Positions 49,588 to 58,798 of a DNA stretch of 64,000 nucleotides are shown piece after piece (the stretch's first letter is position 1; each line of letters starts with the position of its first letter). The stretch is taken from contig JAZQAZ010000044.1 in the NCBI GenBank assembly GCA_045545475.1, forward strand, positions 19,467-83,466. Reading direction: 5' to 3'. Both the position numbers and the translations under genes were made by a program. Source of the DNA: Clostridia bacterium (GTDB lineage Bacteria > Bacillota > Clostridia > CAKSNL01 > HGM11501). The notes beneath the pieces are model-generated. The model had not been told where the DNA came from and ran no database searches. It worked only from the letters and a program-made list of their open reading frames with translations.

Positions 49588-49954
49588 ATTTCATTTTCGG
49601 TTTTCTTATAAGTGACGCTGCAATTCCTGCTATAATAGCAGTGGAAATTCCCGCCGCACCGGAGGAAAATCCCCCGGTTAAAATTCCAAGTAAGCCGTCC
49701 TCTTTAATAGCTTCCTTTACACCTTTAAACATATTATACCCAAAGCCAAGCAGCGGAACCGTTGCCCCTGCCCCCGCAAACTCAACCAGCGGTTCATACA
49801 CCCCGATAAGGCCCAGCACAACGCCGAGACATACCAGTCCGGTAAGTATCCTTGCCGGGGTAAGCTTCGTTTTATCAATCAATATCTGACAAACGGCACA
49901 AATCGCTCCTCCCACCAAAAATGCCCTTATAACCATCATCCAACCATAACTCAT
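49586..49954 (-). CDS. spoVAE: stage V sporulation protein AE
   Basis: AFLVGGAIC...Q.LID.TKLTPARIL, FAGAGATVP..GFG. Confidence 0.88.
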   Translation of the reverse strand: MSYGWMMVIRAFLVGGAICAVCQILIDKTKLTPARILTGLVCLGVVLGLIGVYEPLVEFAGAGATVPLLGFGYNMFKGVKEAIKEDGLLGILTGGFSSGAAGISTAIIAGIAASLIRKPKMK

Positions 49955-50313
49955 CCTCTTGCCTCCTGCTTTTTAAAAAGTTCTAAAAGACCGAATATCA
50001 CTAAAAATACTCCAAACATTTTCCTCAAAATATCACCCTCCGTGAAGTTAGCCGTAACACTTCCCGCTATAGCTCCGGGAATCCCGGAAAGAGAAAGAAC
50101 TAAGGCTTTTTTCATATCAATATTTTTATTTTTTATGTGTATGATAAGTGCCGAAATTGCCGTGGGAATGAAAAAAATCAGATTGGTGCTCTGGGCAACG
50201 TGCTGACTGAGATCAGAAAAAAAGATAAGTGCTGGAATTAAAATTGCCCCGCCTCCTATCCCCATTCCGCCTGCAATTCCGGCAACAAAAGAAGAAATAA
50301 TAATTATGAGCAT
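49951..50313 (-). CDS. half-size TauE/SafE (TSUP) membrane protein
   Basis: G.GIGGG...IP motif, Q..AQ.TNL, 4 TM helices. Confidence 0.8.
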   Translation of the reverse strand: MLIIIISSFVAGIAGGMGIGGGAILIPALIFFSDLSQHVAQSTNLIFFIPTAISALIIHIKNKNIDMKKALVLSLSGIPGAIAGSVTANFTEGDILRKMFGVFLVIFGLLELFKKQEARG

Positions 50314-50651
50314 AAAAGTCTCCAGGAAGATATTATCATTAAAATTCCGAATATTTTACCAATATATTTAACGGGAAGCTTTTTAAGGAAATATGCCCCG
50401 AGTGCTCCCCCGACGCATCCTGATATTCCTGCCGTAACAGCTGTACCTATCTCCACATTCCCTTTTATACCATAAGTAAAAATACTTACCAGAGAGAACA
50501 CCAAAATCGCCATTACCGTCGTGGCATGAGCTTTCTTTTTATCCGTTTTAAGTACCATCGTAAGAGCCAAAACCGAAATCACTCCGCCACCTGCTCCGAA
50601 CAGTCCGTTAACAAACCCTGCTGTAATTCCGGTTAAAATAAGCTTAAACAT
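50304..50651 (-). CDS. half-size TauE/SafE (TSUP) membrane protein
   Basis: AGFVNGLFGAGGG, KAHAT, 4 TM helices. Start moved to ATG 50651 behind GAAGGTGA. Confidence 0.8.
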   Translation of the reverse strand: MFKLILTGITAGFVNGLFGAGGGVISVLALTMVLKTDKKKAHATTVMAILVFSLVSIFTYGIKGNVEIGTAVTAGISGCVGGALGAYFLKKLPVKYIGKIFGILMIISSWRLLCS

Positions 50652-50665
50652 ATAATCACCTTCTC

Positions 50666-50694
50666 TATTATGCGACAAACTGTATTTTTTATAC
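50666..50694 (-). promoter_or_regulatory. forespore sigma-G-type promoter
   Basis: Minus strand GTATA-17 bp-CATAATA. Confidence 0.55.
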
Positions 50695-50696
50695 AA

Positions 50697-50728
50697 AAAA
50701 AGCCAAAGACTTTCGTCTTCGGCTTTTT
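50697..50728 (-). terminator. intrinsic terminator
   Basis: AAAAAGCCAAAGAC-TTTC-GTCTTCGGCTTTTT. Confidence 0.7.
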
Positions 50729-50730
50729 AA

Positions 50731-52647
50731 TTATTTTTCTATGGTTATTTCCTGAGTTTCTCCGTTCCAGGAGACTTTGTAGCCTAGATGCTCCGATACA
50801 AAACGAAGCGGAATAAAGGTTCTGGAATTTTTAATTTTCGGGACTACGGGAAGAGTATATCTGACCATTCCGTACCTGGGGTTTTCAACATAAACAAGAT
50901 TGTTCTGAATCTGCATTTCTATCTTTCCCGAGGATGTGGAAATCAGAATTTCTTCCGTTTCACCCTTCCAGATAATTTCCGCACCCATTTCGGTGAGTAA
51001 TCCGCGAAGCGGGATAAGAGTGGAGCTTGATGCTGCATCAATAAAGGGAGCTACATCCATTTCTTTTTCGTAGCTTTCCTCTCCCTTTACCACCTTAATT
51101 TTGTTATCCCCTATCTTAAGGACATACTTTTCTTTATTCTTAAGAAGTTCCTCATCACGCTCTGCCTTGGTCTGATAGAAGGTGATATCGGCACAGGCGG
51201 CACGGGATGCATTTGCATCAACCACGATGAACTTTATAAATCTTGCCCTGATGGGAGTTTCAAAATTAACGTTTCTTATTTCAAGACTTGGTTTCCATTC
51301 ATACTCCGTGTGGACAAGCTCGTATGTTTCTCCGTCCAAGCTTGCCTCAACCTCATATGCCTTCCAGGCGCCGTGAAGGTCATTTGTATTTCTGGGAGTG
51401 TAGGAAAATGCCGATATATTTTTTACTTCCTTCATATCAATCACAAACTCCCATGGAGGCGGTGCAACGGAAGCTCCCTCCGTCTGCCAGAAGGTCTGAA
51501 GGCTTGTATCAAGAATATTTCCTATTTCGTAGCCTCCCCAGTCAGGATCGTCTGACGTAACGGTAAATGCCGTTTTATCAAGGGGATAGAGCATATGCTC
51601 TTCTTCATATTTCGCATAGTCTGAAACCGTTACCGTCTTGGCCTCTTCTTTACCCGGAAGAAAATCGAATTCCGCCGCCGTTCCTACACCCGATGACTCC
51701 GTTATTTTAATCTGAAATTTACGGATGTATAAATTGCTCATAAATTCCGCAGTTTTTAAGCCCGCAGAAGAATCCAATGACCAGTCCTTTATTTTAAGAA
51801 GCTCTCCGTCCTCTGTTTCCGAGGCGTAAAGCTCTGCCTTACTGAAGCGACCGGATGCAGAATCCTGTCTCGGAAGGTATGTAAAGCCCGAAATAAGAAC
51901 GTTTTCCGGGAAGGTTATCGTGATAAAGTACGGAGCAGGCTCCTTCCAGGTTACAACACCGTTTTCCGCAGTATATTTTGAATGCCAGTAGGTGTTTTTA
52001 TCGCCGTCAAAGGCGTTTCTGCGGTGTACTTCTGCCATAGCCGAGGATACCTCTGTTTTCCAGGATGCCTTGTCTGTCAAAACGGTTTTCGGCACTTCCT
52101 CCTTGACGATTACGCCGCTTCCTAAAAATTCAATTTCCGCAGCAGTTCCAAATCCGCTTTTTCCCTTGTTTACAGAAATTCTTATTGCCTTATATATTCC
52201 TTTTTCAACATTGGTTGCCACGCTTTCGCGTTCTGCCGTTATATTATATGTTGCACTTCCGATTTTTTTATAATCGGTGCCGTCAATTGAACCGTAAAAG
52301 TCAGCACTTTCCCAGTTACCTGCAGAAGAATCTCCGCTTGATGCCTGACGGGGCACATATTTAATCGCCGCTATTTCAAGCCCCTTCTTAAAGTCCACAT
52401 CTATGATATAGGGCGGTGCATCCTTGCCGGTAATCTCTCCGCCTTCTGCGGTATATTTTGAATGCCACATGGTTTCATATTTTCCGTCAAAGGCATTTTT
52501 TATTCCTGCCGAGGTCGAATTCATTTCGCTGGACACCTTTATCTCCCAGCCATCGTTTTTATATACCTCATCCGCAAAGGAGGGTGCAAGGGCAAAAAGA
52601 GACAATATAAGACTTAATGAAAGTATTAAACTTAAATTCTTTTTCAC
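50731..52647 (-). CDS. secreted protein with three F5/8 type C (CBM32-like) domains and a copper-amine-oxidase-N-type C-terminal domain
   Basis: Signal peptide; three repeats of (A/I)(F/L)D.....W(H/Q)...Y.PR...A(E/D); C-terminal APFI...TLIPLR...RTFIPLRFVSE.LG..V.W. Confidence 0.8.
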   Translation of the reverse strand: MKKNLSLILSLSLILSLFALAPSFADEVYKNDGWEIKVSSEMNSTSAGIKNAFDGKYETMWHSKYTAEGGEITGKDAPPYIIDVDFKKGLEIAAIKYVPRQASSGDSSAGNWESADFYGSIDGTDYKKIGSATYNITAERESVATNVEKGIYKAIRISVNKGKSGFGTAAEIEFLGSGVIVKEEVPKTVLTDKASWKTEVSSAMAEVHRRNAFDGDKNTYWHSKYTAENGVVTWKEPAPYFITITFPENVLISGFTYLPRQDSASGRFSKAELYASETEDGELLKIKDWSLDSSAGLKTAEFMSNLYIRKFQIKITESSGVGTAAEFDFLPGKEEAKTVTVSDYAKYEEEHMLYPLDKTAFTVTSDDPDWGGYEIGNILDTSLQTFWQTEGASVAPPPWEFVIDMKEVKNISAFSYTPRNTNDLHGAWKAYEVEASLDGETYELVHTEYEWKPSLEIRNVNFETPIRARFIKFIVVDANASRAACADITFYQTKAERDEELLKNKEKYVLKIGDNKIKVVKGEESYEKEMDVAPFIDAASSSTLIPLRGLLTEMGAEIIWKGETEEILISTSSGKIEMQIQNNLVYVENPRYGMVRYTLPVVPKIKNSRTFIPLRFVSEHLGYKVSWNGETQEITIEK

Positions 52648-52661
52648 TTCAATATCCTCCT

Positions 52662-55379
52662 TTAATCAAGATATTCTTTTGCGGCATTTACCGCCGCATT
52701 ATCTGCCTTATCAAACCTTGAAAGAACGTAGATTCCTTCATTTTCTGTCAAGGTCCAGTCAAAGCAATCCGAAAAATATGTTACGGGAAGGTACACCAAA
52801 CCGTTTATTATTTTAACCGGCTTTGTAAGGGTTTTCGGTGTGCCGTTTACCTTAACCTCGTTTGTGCCGGGTGTTGTGTAGGTAAACCTGTAGTCGGTGA
52901 TTTCTCTGTCCTTTAAGTAAAACGCCTTTACTCTTACAATGTTGTCACCCTTATCATATTCCACCTTGGATTCGCCGTACATTGCTTCAAGCAATACATC
53001 TGAAGGCACATAGAGCGTTCCGTCTTCAGCGATGGGAGCAACCCTTATATCGGGTTCGTAAACGTACTGTATGCCGCCGTCTACAATATACTTTGTGCTT
53101 CCTGCCTTAAGGATAACTGTGTCCTTAAGGGCTTTCCTTGTGTCGCCTTCAATAGCTTTTTGCTCTATTTCGGTATAGAGATAGTTAAAGCGTCCCATGG
53201 GTGCGGCGTTGCCATTTGCATAAACATCAAGGAAGTTTCCGCTTTTTATTTCTCCGCATCCGTCAACCCACTTAAATTCCATATCAATTTTGCCGGTAAG
53301 ATTTAAGTCGCTTCTCTTAATCTTTGCCTGAAGCACCTTGCCGGATACATTGAATTCGGCATCCGTCACCTTAACCCAGCTACCGTTTTCCCATTTTTCA
53401 AGAGTGCCTTTACTTCTGCCGAAGGCATAGTCATAGCCTTCCCATCCAGTTTTGCGGTTACGGTCAGAATTTATGTAAAGGTGCAAAAATTCATCCGTAT
53501 TTTCCTTTATATCAGAAAGCGTTTCAACGTAGAAATAAAGATTATCAGAATCCTTTGAAACCTTGGATAAAATTATGGAATTTACGAGTTTTGATTCATA
53601 GGTAAAAGTTCCTTCACCCTGAGATTTTTCGTTTCTTTCATAGTCGCTCTTATCGTTTATAAAGGAAGGGGTTACGCTTTCCCACTGGGCTTTTCCGCCG
53701 GCAAGGTCGATTGTTTTATCCGCTCCTGCAACTGGTGCGGGACGAACGCCCTTATACTTTCTTATAAAGTCAACCAAAAGATTATAATAATCGTCACCGA
53801 GCTTTCCCTTTACAGGCTCAAAATCACGGCTGTTTTCATCATCATAGGTGTCAACAAAGCTGTTTATAAAGCCGTTATAATCATCCTGTCTTATTGCTGT
53901 AAATTCGTTCCAGCCGTCAACATAAATGAATGCAGGATCCGTATCAAGCACCTGAGCTGTCTGTTCACGGAAGAAGGTTGCGCTTCTTGCATTGTTTTCA
54001 GTGTAGTCCTCACCGAAGGCTTCGGAATAGCCTCTTCCCTTGGTGTAGGGGTCGGAGGCAAGACCAACAGCGGCATAGTTATAAACATAGGAATGATTTA
54101 TGGCTGCACCTACAACCATTGCTTCAACTCTGCCGTCGTCCCTTTTCTTACCCCAGTAGTGCAACGGGTAATTTTCAAGCCAGTTCCACTGCGGTGTAGC
54201 CTTGGAAGTATCCTGTCCGTGTTCACGGCTTCCGTTTCTTCTGAAATTCACATTTTCAAAAATTTCTGCAAGAAGCCTTACTTCTTCAGCATTTGACTTA
54301 TCAACGTACTGCTCCACATCCTCATAACCGCATCCGCAGATTAATGGCTTACCTTCCCAGTAAAATACCAAATCCTTATAGGACGGATCGTTTATAAGGT
54401 TGAACCAGAGTGCCTTTATGGTCTTTACCTCTTCCTTGGGATTAAATAAATATGCACTTATCTTGGGGGAATTTATTCCATCCTCCCTGGCATCGTGGAA
54501 CGCCTTCATCATCATTCGCTGTGCTTTGACGTAAGTCATATCAAGATTTGTGTAGTCGTAGAAAATCACGTCAACCCCGGCATTGGCAAGCCACTGGGCG
54601 TGACGGCGGTATACAAAGTAGTCGTAGCTTTGATAAAAGCCTAAAAGAGGCTCGTCCCAGTAACATATGGTATTTGCCCAGGATGGGTGCGAATAGTTAT
54701 ACTGCGAATCGGGATTTTCCTTTATAACCTTGCTTATTACAACAGGCGTACCAGAAGGATTGGTGTGCCAGTCCCAGTACATTATACCGACAAAGTGATC
54801 CCCTTCCTTAACGCCTCCGACCTCGGAATAGTCCGCCACACGACGTCCTAAAGCATCCGTTGCCACCCAGGTATCAGAGAAGTTGTCAACTATGGCAGAA
54901 TCCGGCACCGGCTCTATTTTTTCAGTAGGGTCGGAAAAAGTATTAAGCTTTATATTTTTAATTACAATGTAGTTATCCTTTGCATAAGTGGCACAGAAAT
55001 AAAGGTCTGCCTTTCCCGTTGTTTCCTTTATATCTGCAGTAAAGCTTTCTTTTTTTTCATCGTTTATCACCACATATCCGAGAAGTTCTCCCTGCCTTCC
55101 GCCCCTTTTAATTGCCACAGCTTCACCGTTTGAGCCGTAGGGCATAACACAGCTTGCTTCAATGGTAACGGATTTTATTCCGGTTAAATCCACATCACAG
55201 AATCCGAAATAGTCTCCGTTGTTAAAATACGCTCCTCCTTCGGTGAATTTAAGACTCTCTGCCTTAAATTCCGCATTTCCAGGATTAAGAGATGCTCCTT
55301 CTGCACTTACGCCTGTCAATAAAGAAACCGTAAGCATAAGTGCAAGAATAAGGCTAATACATTTTTTCATTTTTATCAT
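52662..55379 (-). CDS. secreted GH99/GH71-like glycoside hydrolase with CBM6-like, DOMON/CBM9-like and copper-amine-oxidase-N-type domains
   Basis: Signal peptide; DTWVATDALGR, YWDEPLLGFY, AGVDVIFYDYTN, GWNE, SRDFEP; C-terminal PVKIINGLVYLPV. Confidence 0.6.
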   Translation of the reverse strand: MIKMKKCISLILALMLTVSLLTGVSAEGASLNPGNAEFKAESLKFTEGGAYFNNGDYFGFCDVDLTGIKSVTIEASCVMPYGSNGEAVAIKRGGRQGELLGYVVINDEKKESFTADIKETTGKADLYFCATYAKDNYIVIKNIKLNTFSDPTEKIEPVPDSAIVDNFSDTWVATDALGRRVADYSEVGGVKEGDHFVGIMYWDWHTNPSGTPVVISKVIKENPDSQYNYSHPSWANTICYWDEPLLGFYQSYDYFVYRRHAQWLANAGVDVIFYDYTNLDMTYVKAQRMMMKAFHDAREDGINSPKISAYLFNPKEEVKTIKALWFNLINDPSYKDLVFYWEGKPLICGCGYEDVEQYVDKSNAEEVRLLAEIFENVNFRRNGSREHGQDTSKATPQWNWLENYPLHYWGKKRDDGRVEAMVVGAAINHSYVYNYAAVGLASDPYTKGRGYSEAFGEDYTENNARSATFFREQTAQVLDTDPAFIYVDGWNEFTAIRQDDYNGFINSFVDTYDDENSRDFEPVKGKLGDDYYNLLVDFIRKYKGVRPAPVAGADKTIDLAGGKAQWESVTPSFINDKSDYERNEKSQGEGTFTYESKLVNSIILSKVSKDSDNLYFYVETLSDIKENTDEFLHLYINSDRNRKTGWEGYDYAFGRSKGTLEKWENGSWVKVTDAEFNVSGKVLQAKIKRSDLNLTGKIDMEFKWVDGCGEIKSGNFLDVYANGNAAPMGRFNYLYTEIEQKAIEGDTRKALKDTVILKAGSTKYIVDGGIQYVYEPDIRVAPIAEDGTLYVPSDVLLEAMYGESKVEYDKGDNIVRVKAFYLKDREITDYRFTYTTPGTNEVKVNGTPKTLTKPVKIINGLVYLPVTYFSDCFDWTLTENEGIYVLSRFDKADNAAVNAAKEYLD

Positions 55380-55531
55380 CCTTTCTTATTTCAGTATAGC
55401 ATATATGATACTTGCAGGCAATCAATATTCCGAAACAAAATTTATAAATTCCAAAACTCTACTTGACTAAAGTCCCATTATACCATATAATATTTTTATA
55501 AAATTTATATTTTCCAAAATAAGGAGGCACT

Positions 55532-56284
55532 ATGTTTTTCGGCAGAGATGACTTTGATGTCAATATAATATCCGTCCACAAACCCTTCCCCCTAAGTCTT
55601 GATGAAGATGTAAAAAACCGTGATATGCACGGTCTTTCCATAAGGGTTACAGACGAAGCTTTCTTTTCCTGGGACGGTGGCTCTATGCTATCGGAAAAAG
55701 GAGACATAACCTTTTTCCCCGCGAAGGTCGACCACCATATAAAATCGGGACTTCAGACGGAATATTTAATTTATTTTACCACCGATAAGCCACTTCCGGG
55801 CACCATAAGGAAAATAACTCCCAAAAATCCGTCCTTCTACGAAAAGCTTTTTTCGGACATCTATTCTGTATGGTTTTTGAAAGAGCCAGGATATATTTTT
55901 GAAAACAAGGCACTTTTTTATAAACTGGTATATTTAATCGAGCAGGAGTATGAAAGCAGCATTTCCGCCTCCGCTGCACCCAGGATAAATACCGCCCTTA
56001 ACTATATTCTTGAGCATTACACGGAAAATATCGAAATTTCCCACTTGGCAAAGCTTTGCTCCATGAGTGAAGCCTATTTCAGGAAGCTTTTTATGAAAAA
56101 ATACGGCGTATCTCCCCTTAAGTACATAAACAAGCTAAGGCTTTCCTATGCGAAAAATTTGCTTTCAACAGGCCACTTTACCGTGGAACAGGTTTCGGAA
56201 ATGTGTGGTTTTAACAATGTCTCCTATTTCAGTTTGTTTATAAAAAAAGAAACTGGGACCGCCCCGTCAAAGCTTTATAAATAA
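55532..56284 (+). CDS. AraC family transcriptional regulator
   Basis: SEAYFRKLF...GFNNVSYFSLFIKKETGTAP. Confidence 0.9.
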   Translation: MFFGRDDFDVNIISVHKPFPLSLDEDVKNRDMHGLSIRVTDEAFFSWDGGSMLSEKGDITFFPAKVDHHIKSGLQTEYLIYFTTDKPLPGTIRKITPKNPSFYEKLFSDIYSVWFLKEPGYIFENKALFYKLVYLIEQEYESSISASAAPRINTALNYILEHYTENIEISHLAKLCSMSEAYFRKLFMKKYGVSPLKYINKLRLSYAKNLLSTGHFTVEQVSEMCGFNNVSYFSLFIKKETGTAPSKLYK

Positions 56285-56287
56285 CTG

Positions 56288-56316
56288 TTGACTTTCCCTT
56301 TTTTAAGGGTTATACT
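56288..56316 (+). promoter_or_regulatory. sigma-A promoter
   Basis: TTGACT-17 bp-TATACT. Confidence 0.7.
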
Positions 56317-56342
56317 TTTAAAAAACAAAGGAGGATTTCACC

Positions 56343-57158
56343 ATGGTAAAAATGCATATGCAAAAATCTGTAACAGATACTATAAATACATCCTTTATAA
56401 TAGAAAGCGAAAAAGGCTTACTGGTTGTTGACGGCGGCTTTGCCACAGAATGCGAAAACCTTTATGCAAAATTAAAAGAACTCGGCGGTCATGTTACCGG
56501 CTGGTTTTTAACCCATCCCCATACAGACCACGTAAACTGTCTTCGCGAAATGATTAAAACCCACTCAGGCGATATAAAGATAGATATGCTTTACTATAAC
56601 TTCCCGTCCGTTGAGCTTATGAATGAAAATATCCCGGATGGAAACGAAAACGGTGACTGGCTTCAGGGCTTTTACAATGATATTGCACCTGCCGCCATCC
56701 CCGTTACAACCACACATATGGGCGACGAATATTCCTTCGGAGATGTTACGGTTAAGGTTTTAAGGGAGCATAATGATTCTACTCCCAACAACTTCAGCAA
56801 TAATTCCAGTACAGTTTTCCGCTTTGAAACCGAAAACTCAAGTGTTATCTTCTTAGGTGATTTAGGAATCGAAGGCGGCGAGCATTTACTTTCCGTAGCT
56901 AGCCCTGAGCTTCTTAAAGCCGACTACTGCCAGATGGCACATCACGGTCAGTCAGGCGTTCTTAAAAACGTTTACGAAGCGATAAATCCCGATTACTGCC
57001 TATGGTGCACACCCACCTGGCTCTGGGACAATAAAGGCCCCGGCGGATATGATACCGGCAAATACAAAACCGTTATCGTCCGTGGCTGGATGAGCGAAAT
57101 CGGAGGTATGAAAAAGCATTACATAATGCAGGAAGGTCCTTTTGAAATAGATCTTTAA
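56343..57158 (+). CDS. metallo-beta-lactamase-fold hydrolase (ComEC-like)
   Basis: VDGG, THPHTDH, NNSS, FLGD, AHHG. Confidence 0.85.
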   Translation: MVKMHMQKSVTDTINTSFIIESEKGLLVVDGGFATECENLYAKLKELGGHVTGWFLTHPHTDHVNCLREMIKTHSGDIKIDMLYYNFPSVELMNENIPDGNENGDWLQGFYNDIAPAAIPVTTTHMGDEYSFGDVTVKVLREHNDSTPNNFSNNSSTVFRFETENSSVIFLGDLGIEGGEHLLSVASPELLKADYCQMAHHGQSGVLKNVYEAINPDYCLWCTPTWLWDNKGPGGYDTGKYKTVIVRGWMSEIGGMKKHYIMQEGPFEIDL

Positions 57159-57164
57159 AATATA

Positions 57165-57198
57165 AAAAAGCATCGAAGCGAAAACTTCGATGCTTTTT
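57165..57198. terminator. bidirectional terminator
   Basis: AAAAAGCATCGAAG-CGAAAA-CTTCGATGCTTTTT. Confidence 0.85.
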
Positions 57199-57199
57199 A

Positions 57200-57724
57200 T
57201 TATTTATATCTAGGATCGGGGCCGTATTTGTTTTCTCCTGCCTGAGGTTCAAGTGCACAAAGAACTAAAACTACTATCATTCCTACCTCTGGAATTAAAG
57301 AGAGCAAATAAAACCATCCGCTTTTCCCGGTATCGTGAAGCCTTCTGATATGAAGGGCAATACGGGGAATCATAGTCGAAAGTACATATAAAAATGCCAA
57401 AAGAGCAACAAGCATTCCTGCAATTCCTATTCCGTCGCTTTCAAGGGCTAATGCCAGTGAAAGCATAACTATATAGATAACTCCGAAGATCACTGCAATT
57501 ATAAAATCCATAAGATATGCATACCAGAATTCACTCCTGGAGCTTCTTCCGCCAAACTCAGAATATCTTTTAAGCATCTCCATATAAGCTGTAAACAGAT
57601 TGAATTTTCTAGGTGTAGCCGTCCCCCCTGAATCTCCCCCATTCTCAATAATATCCTGTCCGCAATACGGGCATACCGCCAGACCTTTCTCCACATCTCT
57701 TCCGCATTTTGTACAATAACTCAT
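57200..57724 (-). CDS. DUF805 (YhaH-like) membrane protein with N-terminal zinc ribbon
   Basis: CTKCG...CPYCG; F.GRSSRSEFW, RRLHDTGKSGW, NKYGPDP. Confidence 0.88.
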   Translation of the reverse strand: MSYCTKCGRDVEKGLAVCPYCGQDIIENGGDSGGTATPRKFNLFTAYMEMLKRYSEFGGRSSRSEFWYAYLMDFIIAVIFGVIYIVMLSLALALESDGIGIAGMLVALLAFLYVLSTMIPRIALHIRRLHDTGKSGWFYLLSLIPEVGMIVVLVLCALEPQAGENKYGPDPRYK

Positions 57725-57743
57725 TATACACACTCCCTTTCCT

Positions 57744-58775
57744 CTATTTTTTAGCCCAGCGCATTTTGGTGGATTTTGCTCTGGGATTTCTGAAGCATTC
57801 TTCTCCCGATGGACGTATTACATCCTCGGAAATTTCGGAAAATACGCCTTCTTTCAGGTACTTCTTAAATGCCTTTTTCACCAGGCGGTCTTCTCCCGAA
57901 TGGAAAGTTAAAACCGCAACTCTTCCCTTATCACTCATAACCGAAGGGAGTTTTTCAAGGAAGGAATAAAGCACTTCAAACTCGGAATTAACATCTATAC
58001 GAAGTGCCTGAAATGTCCTTTGACAACTCTTTTTAACCGCCTCTTCCCTTTCTTTTTTAGGAAGGAAGGAAAGAGCCTTTTCAATTATTTTTCTAAGGTC
58101 GGTGGTTGTTTCAATACTTCCGCCCAAAGAATATGTTTTAATTATTTCTTCCGCAATTTCTTCAGCATAAGGCTCGTCGGAATTTTCAATAAGCATGCCG
58201 ATTATTTCATCCTCCGAAAGTTCGGAGAGCCTCTCCGCCGCACTGACTCCGCTACTTTGGTCAAGCCTTAAATCAAGAGGCCCGTCTATTTTATAGGAAA
58301 AGCCTCGTTCGGGATTGTCTATCTGCATAGATGATACGCCAAGGTCTGCCAATATAAAGTCAAACTTCTCCCCGTCAGACACCTTGTCGATTTCGGCAAA
58401 GTTCATATTCTTAATTGTAAGAATTTCTTCTCCGTAGCCTTTTTCGAAAAGCCGTGCTTTTGTTTTGGCCGATTCTTCCCTGTCAACATCTGTAGCATAC
58501 ATTCTTCCCTGCCCTTTAAGACACTCCATCATTTTTTCCGTATGGCCGCCATAGCCCAACGTTGCATCGTATCCTGTTTCTCCAGGTTCTATTTTAAGAA
58601 AATCGAGAATCTCATCAACCATTATGGATATGTGCATTCCCGCAGGAGTTTTTCCCTTGCTGATGATTTTTTCAATATCATCCTTGTATTTTTCAGGCTG
58701 ATGCTCTTTATATTTTTCAGAAAACTTTTTCGGGTGTGTTCCTTTATATCGCACTCTTCTTTTATGTTCTTCCAT
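57744..58775 (-). CDS. rsmH: RsmH/MraW-family methyltransferase, N-terminally extended paralogue
   Basis: DATLGYGGH, DLGVSSMQID...RGFS, FQALRI.VN.E, FHSGEDR.VK, NPRA.S.K.R. Confidence 0.8.
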   Translation of the reverse strand: MEEHKRRVRYKGTHPKKFSEKYKEHQPEKYKDDIEKIISKGKTPAGMHISIMVDEILDFLKIEPGETGYDATLGYGGHTEKMMECLKGQGRMYATDVDREESAKTKARLFEKGYGEEILTIKNMNFAEIDKVSDGEKFDFILADLGVSSMQIDNPERGFSYKIDGPLDLRLDQSSGVSAAERLSELSEDEIIGMLIENSDEPYAEEIAEEIIKTYSLGGSIETTTDLRKIIEKALSFLPKKEREEAVKKSCQRTFQALRIDVNSEFEVLYSFLEKLPSVMSDKGRVAVLTFHSGEDRLVKKAFKKYLKEGVFSEISEDVIRPSGEECFRNPRAKSTKMRWAKK

Positions 58776-58798
58776 CTGTTTACCCCCTTTCATAAAGA

